DNA from: Giardia intestinalis
Lineage: Eukaryota
NCBI GenBank assembly: GCA_000002435.2
Contig: CM018789.1
Direction: 5' to 3' (one strand)
DNA length: 64,000 bases
Shown here one piece after another: positions 58,872 through 64,000 of the stretch. The position numbers and the translations under genes are program-made. Position 1 is the first letter of the stretch. Each line of letters begins with the position of its first letter. The notes below the pieces were generated by a model. That model worked only from the letters and a program-made list of their open reading frames with translations, did no database searches and had not been told where the DNA came from.

Positions 58872-61382
58872 TTGTATAAAGGTCCTCTCTACCTCTTAAT
58901 GAACGTCCCTGAGCTCTTTGAACAAGCGAATACGCCAGCACTCCTAGGCTCTCTGTTTGTTCTCTTAGATAAAGCGTCGACACGCACCTCAGAAACCATC
59001 GTTTCTACTTGTCTCACACGCAGCATAAAAGCATCCATGCACAATGTGCTAGCCGCTTGGAAACTAGCTGCAACATTAAGCCAGTCCCTTCCGAAGTGTA
59101 CAGACAGTTTTATGCTAAGAAACGCCGTACGGTTAGAGAAGCTGTATGACGACGCCTTCATAGGCATTTCTCGTGAAATGGAGGTTTCTCATGCAGGATT
59201 CTTCCATGATCCTCAGAGGGCCTCGTTAACGAAGGTCCTTGTCCTTTCTTATGGCGATTTTGCTCTAAGAATGATCAGTATCAGCGGGAGCCATCAGATC
59301 AAGTCAACCACCTTTTCCACACTTTTATGCCTTCTAGCGTGGCCCCAGCGCGCGATTCTTTCTCATAGCGGCGAACCATCAGTCGCAGAACTCCACAGAG
59401 GGTTCGATACCATCTCATCTGTCTTCACGTTACTACTTCGCTTACAACAATGTGCTCACGTGCGAACATTCCTCCGCAGTAGGGCTGCTGAAATACGTGC
59501 AGCGTGCTTCTCAGTTGTTATTGCAGTGACATACGTCGGTGCCAGTTTGAACAAATGCCGTATCGATAACTTGATCACCATTGCAGCGTCACTATTTAGT
59601 TTTGTTATCCTCGCATTAGAAAGTAGAGCGATACGCTACGAGGCAGGGGCAGAATTACTTCGGATATTTGTCGCATTCAAGTGTATGGCAGAATCTAGAC
59701 TTTTCGAACATGTAGAGCTATCTGTGCTCGATGGGTACTTGGTTATCTCATCTATTGGACAAGTTCTTGGCGTATCGTCCTCTGCAGCCTGTATCAATTT
59801 CTGGAAGGATCATCCTGTCATAGGAAACATACGATTTAGTAAGTTTCTGCATAACTTTGCCCGTACTTGTAGTTTGTTCTTTGCTTTATGTGTTAAAAGC
59901 ACTCTTTCTCTTCCATCTGGCTTGAGCCAGTATGAAATCCCAGTCGGTGAACAGGTGTCTCCTCTTCGAAATGATGTCTGCCCTGTTCTTTTCTATCCCG
60001 TGGCCGGGCTCATTGAGCTTATGATCTCTTGCAGCAAAACGCTGTTGGAGAAACTCATAACAACACCTTCTTTCAACGACTTGGCAGCAATCTCAACACA
60101 CTTTCTTCTGGCGTGCACTACCATTCTTGAAATGAACTTTGGTCTTTTCAATGGTTTGAAGACAGCGCTTTTCTGGCCGCTTGTCCAGCTCCTCACTGTA
60201 CCTGCGGATGCGCTCACCATCATAAAGCCACACCTTTATAACTGCTTAGCCTCGCTTCTCGCTGAATCATCTCTTACCTTTCCCATCGACAATCGCCTCC
60301 ACAATGAGCGGTTTCATAGCTTTACAACACTGGTTTTGACCATGTATCAGGACTTTTTGGATTTAGTGTCAGTCGCCAAGGGCTTGGCCAAACAGACTCA
60401 TTCTCATCGTAACTTGCCAGAGCTTGCAAAGCTACTTCGTGCCCTTTGTAGTTCTGGTAGCATTCGGCTACTTGCTGCTCATGCAACGGTATTTCAAGAC
60501 GCTGGATGCCCTCTACTTACAGATATTATATCTGTATGTCTTCGTGTTGTGTCTATACTCTCCCATAATTCACGGGAAGCCCTCGTTGTTCAGGGCGAAC
60601 AAGCGAACGGTTACTCTACGAAGGAGTACCCTTACGTAATGGAATGTGTACACCAACAGACATTGCTATCCTTTGAGAGTTTGGAGTTATACACATTCCT
60701 ACTAGAAGGCTTGACGCATCTGTGTCTGACTCCCATCAACGGGCAGCTAAGCTCTGCCCTACCTTTGACAATACACTTTCTTGAGATAGCCCTGACAGAT
60801 CAATTACTTGTGGCGGACCATCTTCGCCGCCTCGCTAGCTGTCGCCGCCTTATTTCTGCTGCCCTTTTGCCAGCTACTCCTCTGATGTACCTCTATGGGA
60901 TGCAGGTCAGTTCTGACCTGAGGCTTGCCTATGGCATTGCTGACCCTTCTGAGATATCATTAGAAAGTGTGCTTACCATGGCAGGAAACGCTCCTCTTAC
61001 AGAACCTGGATTGAAGCAGCATCGTCCTGGCCTCCTTCCATATCTTCCAATTGTTTCTATCAGTGGAGATGCGCAACCGCCACATTCAGACGTCAACGCC
61101 GACAATGGTATTTCATCTGACCCGTCACTTAGTATTGGTGCTCATTCAGTCTTCGCCACTCCATGTGTGACGGAGGACATGTCCGTAGTCTCCTCAACGC
61201 CTGCTCTCCCCTCCGCTACCAGTTTAGCTACCACGCAGCTAAGTATGCAATCGGTAAGATCAGCTGTTGCCAGTATAGACTCCATTGTGGCAGGTACTAA
61301 AAAGCAAAGTGGCGAGGCGCTCATAAGCAATGACGCAGCACCTGCTCCTCTTATCTTGGACTCTTCCGAAGACGATGAATGA
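58872..61382 (+). CDS. Hypothetical protein, 836 aa (largely alpha-helical; C-terminal Ser-rich tail)
   Basis: Long ATG ORF beginning 8 bp after the MVD stop. No recognisable catalytic motif. Confidence 0.55.
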   Translation: MYKGPLYLLMNVPELFEQANTPALLGSLFVLLDKASTRTSETIVSTCLTRSIKASMHNVLAAWKLAATLSQSLPKCTDSFMLRNAVRLEKLYDDAFIGISREMEVSHAGFFHDPQRASLTKVLVLSYGDFALRMISISGSHQIKSTTFSTLLCLLAWPQRAILSHSGEPSVAELHRGFDTISSVFTLLLRLQQCAHVRTFLRSRAAEIRAACFSVVIAVTYVGASLNKCRIDNLITIAASLFSFVILALESRAIRYEAGAELLRIFVAFKCMAESRLFEHVELSVLDGYLVISSIGQVLGVSSSAACINFWKDHPVIGNIRFSKFLHNFARTCSLFFALCVKSTLSLPSGLSQYEIPVGEQVSPLRNDVCPVLFYPVAGLIELMISCSKTLLEKLITTPSFNDLAAISTHFLLACTTILEMNFGLFNGLKTALFWPLVQLLTVPADALTIIKPHLYNCLASLLAESSLTFPIDNRLHNERFHSFTTLVLTMYQDFLDLVSVAKGLAKQTHSHRNLPELAKLLRALCSSGSIRLLAAHATVFQDAGCPLLTDIISVCLRVVSILSHNSREALVVQGEQANGYSTKEYPYVMECVHQQTLLSFESLELYTFLLEGLTHLCLTPINGQLSSALPLTIHFLEIALTDQLLVADHLRRLASCRRLISAALLPATPLMYLYGMQVSSDLRLAYGIADPSEISLESVLTMAGNAPLTEPGLKQHRPGLLPYLPIVSISGDAQPPHSDVNADNGISSDPSLSIGAHSVFATPCVTEDMSVVSSTPALPSATSLATTQLSMQSVRSAVASIDSIVAGTKKQSGEALISNDAAPAPLILDSSEDDE

Positions 61383-61431
61383 TAATGCGTACCTATCAAT
61401 TTACAACCAAACAGAAGACACAAGTTAGTTT

Positions 61432-62811
61432 TCACCTAGATACAACAGAGTACACAGCCGATCCAAATCCGGAGATGGTGTAAAAGATCCCCAAGACTAT
61501 AATACTCAAGGACGAGATGTATCTATGCTTGGGACCACCAAAACGCTTTGTGACACTGTAGCCAAACATTCCTGGAAAAATAAACACCATTGGAGATCCG
61601 CAGAGACTGCTTGTAAATGAAAGAATGTCGGCAATGCTATCAACGAACGTTGCAACGATAGCGGGGAGAAAGACATTGAACATTATGATAAGCAGACGCC
61701 ACTTGTAGGGAATCTTCTGGCCAGGCGAATAAAACATAGATTCTATGGTACACCTGAGGCCATAGCATAATAGAGGATAGGAAAAAAGCATCACAAGTAT
61801 CATAGCAGAGTTAGCGATGTAGAAGATCACCGAAGCCCCTGGAATCTCAGCTATGTTCTTCAGTATGTCGGAGTGCAAAAGGTCTGTGAAGGTAAAATAC
61901 CCAAAGAGAGCCATTACAGAGTTGAATAACGACGTAACGATAACCGTAATGCATATCACTATGTTCATGCGCTTGATGGACCTGTTGTTGAGCTCCTTAT
62001 AGATGTTCAGGCTATTATAGTGACCACAGAATGCTGTTGTGAAAAGAGGAAAGGATGTCAGCGCGTTGATAGACCAATTGAAGACTTGTGGGGGCCCCTT
62101 AGCGATATACTTGGTTTTATCAAAAGTTGTGAGAACGAAGAACCCAACGACAACGAAAATGATATAAAGGATGCTCACTATGGCCACGAGAGACGTAAAG
62201 TTTAGGAAGTCGATGCGTGGGAGGAGACTTAAGGGAAAGACTATCAGGCAGACCATCGCCCAAAGCATCCCCCTCTTGTTTGATGCATTGGCTGGCGTGT
62301 CCTCAGCCCACCAGAACATGTTGTCCCGCAGAACTATGGAGTAGGACCCAATGGTGCCCAGAGTATAAATGGCGACCATAACAGCAACAAGGTGGCTGAA
62401 CCACGGTTTATACAGCACACGAGCAATATCCCGATACTGGTACATCTTTGTGACGTCTGAAGCAACGGTAAGAAGGTAAAATGACAGCGCAGAAGAGACA
62501 CCAATAAGCACAAGGAAGAACATCCCCAGGAGCCAGCCGCAATTCATGAGATTGTAAGGTAGAGTCAAAATGCCTGCACCAAGAACGGTATTGGAAAGGT
62601 TAAACGAGGACGACAGAATAGACGCTCTGTTAACATTCCTGCCTTCCTCTGGAGGCTCTGGGTCGCGCGGATCCGCTGCCATAGAGTCCAGGGCCGATTC
62701 CACACTTGGTGAGTGATCCATTAGGGTCTGGGCGTTAAAATTCAAATTGTTTTGTAAAATGGACACATTTAATAGTGCATTTGGACTCGTTGAGGACACA
62801 CTGACAGGCAT
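61432..62811 (-). CDS. Amino-acid transporter, AAAP/SLC38-like family, 459 aa
   Basis: 11 predicted TM helices. Signature SILSSSFNLSNTVLGAGILTLPYNL. Confidence 0.8.
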   Translation of the reverse strand: MPVSVSSTSPNALLNVSILQNNLNFNAQTLMDHSPSVESALDSMAADPRDPEPPEEGRNVNRASILSSSFNLSNTVLGAGILTLPYNLMNCGWLLGMFFLVLIGVSSALSFYLLTVASDVTKMYQYRDIARVLYKPWFSHLVAVMVAIYTLGTIGSYSIVLRDNMFWWAEDTPANASNKRGMLWAMVCLIVFPLSLLPRIDFLNFTSLVAIVSILYIIFVVVGFFVLTTFDKTKYIAKGPPQVFNWSINALTSFPLFTTAFCGHYNSLNIYKELNNRSIKRMNIVICITVIVTSLFNSVMALFGYFTFTDLLHSDILKNIAEIPGASVIFYIANSAMILVMLFSYPLLCYGLRCTIESMFYSPGQKIPYKWRLLIIMFNVFLPAIVATFVDSIADILSFTSSLCGSPMVFIFPGMFGYSVTKRFGGPKHRYISSLSIIVLGIFYTISGFGSAVYSVVSR

Positions 62812-63106
62812 CCTAGATGGACTATCTGGGGACAGAACAGGAGTCAGGCTGGAGGACTATGCAATCAGATTCCAGGAGCAGCTTATGGTCATTTACAATG
62901 ACATTTTGAAGCTGTCCGAAGAGCTTCGAGAGACCTGGCGATCCCCGGCCGTCCAAACCCGCCTAAAAGAACTATTTCTGAGCGATGCCCAAGAGGACAT
63001 TGCAAGTGGCCTGAGCGAGTGGAGGAAAAGCTGGGAACTACACAGCGTTGCTGCCTCTAAAATTAAAGCTGTCGCCTCTCTGGACGAATTTGCAGACACA
63101 GAGTAA
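62759..63106 (+). CDS. Hypothetical small helical protein, about 115 aa
   Basis: ORF 62747-63106, trimmed to the internal ATG (MDTFNSAF) to reduce overlap with the transporter gene's 5' end. No recognisable domain. Confidence 0.35.
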   Translation: MDTFNSAFGLVEDTLTGILDGLSGDRTGVRLEDYAIRFQEQLMVIYNDILKLSEELRETWRSPAVQTRLKELFLSDAQEDIASGLSEWRKSWELHSVAASKIKAVASLDEFADTE

Positions 63107-63160
63107 ACGCCTTAAGGGGAACGCGACCGTACACCCACCTACTCATAGCCGAAAGGATCA

Positions 63161-64000
63161 ATGAACATCCTCGCAGACGACGACTTTGTATCCCCCTGTG
63201 GTCATATGAACCTTAAAATCAGGACTCTGAAGCGGCTTATACTGGCAAATAAGAGCGCCTTCATGGATAAGAATGCCACGTGCGCAGCCTCACGCTGCAA
63301 CAAGTCCTGGAAATCCCTCTGGATGTGCTGTACATGTGGGCGATTCTTCTGTGGCTACACAGACAACGAGCATGCCAAAGACCATTACAACCAGGACCAC
63401 CATGCGATCTTTTTTCATCTGACTTGTCACGATCTCTGGTGCTATAATTGCAATTCGTACAAAACCAGCAACCCATGGCTTGCAACCATAAAACCTCTCA
63501 CGACTATCACTAAAGATAAGCTTATCAAGCTAGAGCAGGCCACTGCAGGCTCTGTCCAGGTTGATGGCTCACGGGTGGCTGATGTGAATCTTCACCAGGA
63601 GGGTCAAGCAGTTTCGCGGCAACTGGGAAGGCCTGCCCAGAACAAGCCCAAAATCACAACCTTAGAGAATATGCTTTTACATTTGAATGGGACTGCTTCG
63701 TTTTCTCATTATAATATGGCCATTTCGCAGCCTAAGAGTGAAAGAATAGGTAGCACAGGCGCCTCTGTGCAGGCACTGGTTCATGCAAAGTGCTTTGCCA
63801 AAGTTCCAATCCACAGTCATGCTAATACATGCTATCTCAATGGAATTTTACAGGTACTTGCTCACCTGCCCCCATTTGCCCAGTACTTTATTGCCTTGCA
63901 ACCCATTCTTCAGTCTCTGGATGCGGGAATCTACACAAACTTGCTCCAACAATTCACTCTCACCATGGTTGCTCTGCAGCTTGTTACAGACGCCTCTATT
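63161..64000 (+). CDS. Ubiquitin-specific protease with N-terminal ZnF-UBP domain; 3' end beyond the window (at least 280 aa shown)
   Basis: Frame 2 is open from the ATG at 63161 to the window end. It is not in the track because it has no stop. ZnF-UBP pattern CGHM...C..C...LWMCCTCGRFFCGY...HAKDHYNQDHH...LWCYNC, followed by the USP Cys-box ANTCYLNGILQVLAHLPPF. Confidence 0.75.
   Translation, partial: MNILADDDFVSPCGHMNLKIRTLKRLILANKSAFMDKNATCAASRCNKSWKSLWMCCTCGRFFCGYTDNEHAKDHYNQDHHAIFFHLTCHDLWCYNCNSYKTSNPWLATIKPLTTITKDKLIKLEQATAGSVQVDGSRVADVNLHQEGQAVSRQLGRPAQNKPKITTLENMLLHLNGTASFSHYNMAISQPKSERIGSTGASVQALVHAKCFAKVPIHSHANTCYLNGILQVLAHLPPFAQYFIALQPILQSLDAGIYTNLLQQFTLTMVALQLVTDASI

Noticed and set aside
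58465-58983. 172-aa ORF antisense to the 3' half of the mevalonate-diphosphate decarboxylase gene
   Set aside because: It is fully overlapped by a gene with strong homology support on the other strand and has no domain or initiator signal. It is a chance antisense ORF.
1-64000. Prokaryotic-style features (CRISPR arrays, operons, defence islands, Shine-Dalgarno sites, rho-independent terminators)
   Set aside because: The window is eukaryotic. It has VSP genes with CRGKA tails, AGTRAAY polyadenylation signals, eukaryotic ribosomal proteins eL39 and eL33, kinesin and zeta-COP. No direct-repeat/spacer arrays are present. The GTG and TTG starts in the ORF track are artefacts of a bacterial translation table.

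Overview
The window is a gene-dense protist locus, almost certainly Giardia intestinalis (lamblia). The key evidence is a 596-aa cysteine-rich surface protein with a GGCY motif, a single C-terminal TM helix and the invariant CRGKA tail. This is followed by the extended VSP polyadenylation motif ACTTAGGTAGTAAAC. Genes are intron-less, intergenic spacers are very short (4-150 bp), AT-rich initiator elements lie just upstream of start codons, and AGTRAAY signals follow stops.

Main structure:
- The left 4.55 kb is a convergent (tail-to-tail) inverted pair of near-identical VSP genes. The arms are about 1.45 kb each (1-1450 vs 3100-4552) and include about 500 bp of 3' flank. They are separated by a 1.65-kb spacer that is strongly A-depleted on the + strand. 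The left copy is truncated by the window edge.
- A 6.3-kb stretch (about 5650-11720) with no credible ORF follows. This is highly atypical for this genome.
- From 11.8 kb to the end, about 33 tightly packed protein genes. Recognised products:
  - RIIa-domain protein
  - Sec1/Munc18-family protein
  - Dpy-30-domain protein
  - NIF/FCP1-type CTD phosphatase
  - ribosomal proteins L39e (hidden under longer spurious ORFs) and L35a
  - TTC1-like TPR protein
  - zeta-COP
  - kinesin
  - RRM protein
  - C2HC zinc-finger protein
  - TLC/Lag1 ceramide synthase
  - Myb/SANT protein
  - TRAPP Bet5-like subunit
  - MFS transporter
  - non-RD (HGD) protein kinase
  - mevalonate-diphosphate decarboxylase
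  - AAAP amino-acid transporter
  - a 3'-truncated ZnF-UBP ubiquitin-specific protease
  - two giant (about 2200 aa) lineage-specific proteins

Several ORF-track starts are non-ATG or extend through AT-rich promoter sequence and were re-set to internal ATGs. No prokaryotic features, rRNA or tRNA genes were seen. The most interesting candidate system is the inverted VSP pair, which on read-through would form a long hairpin RNA.
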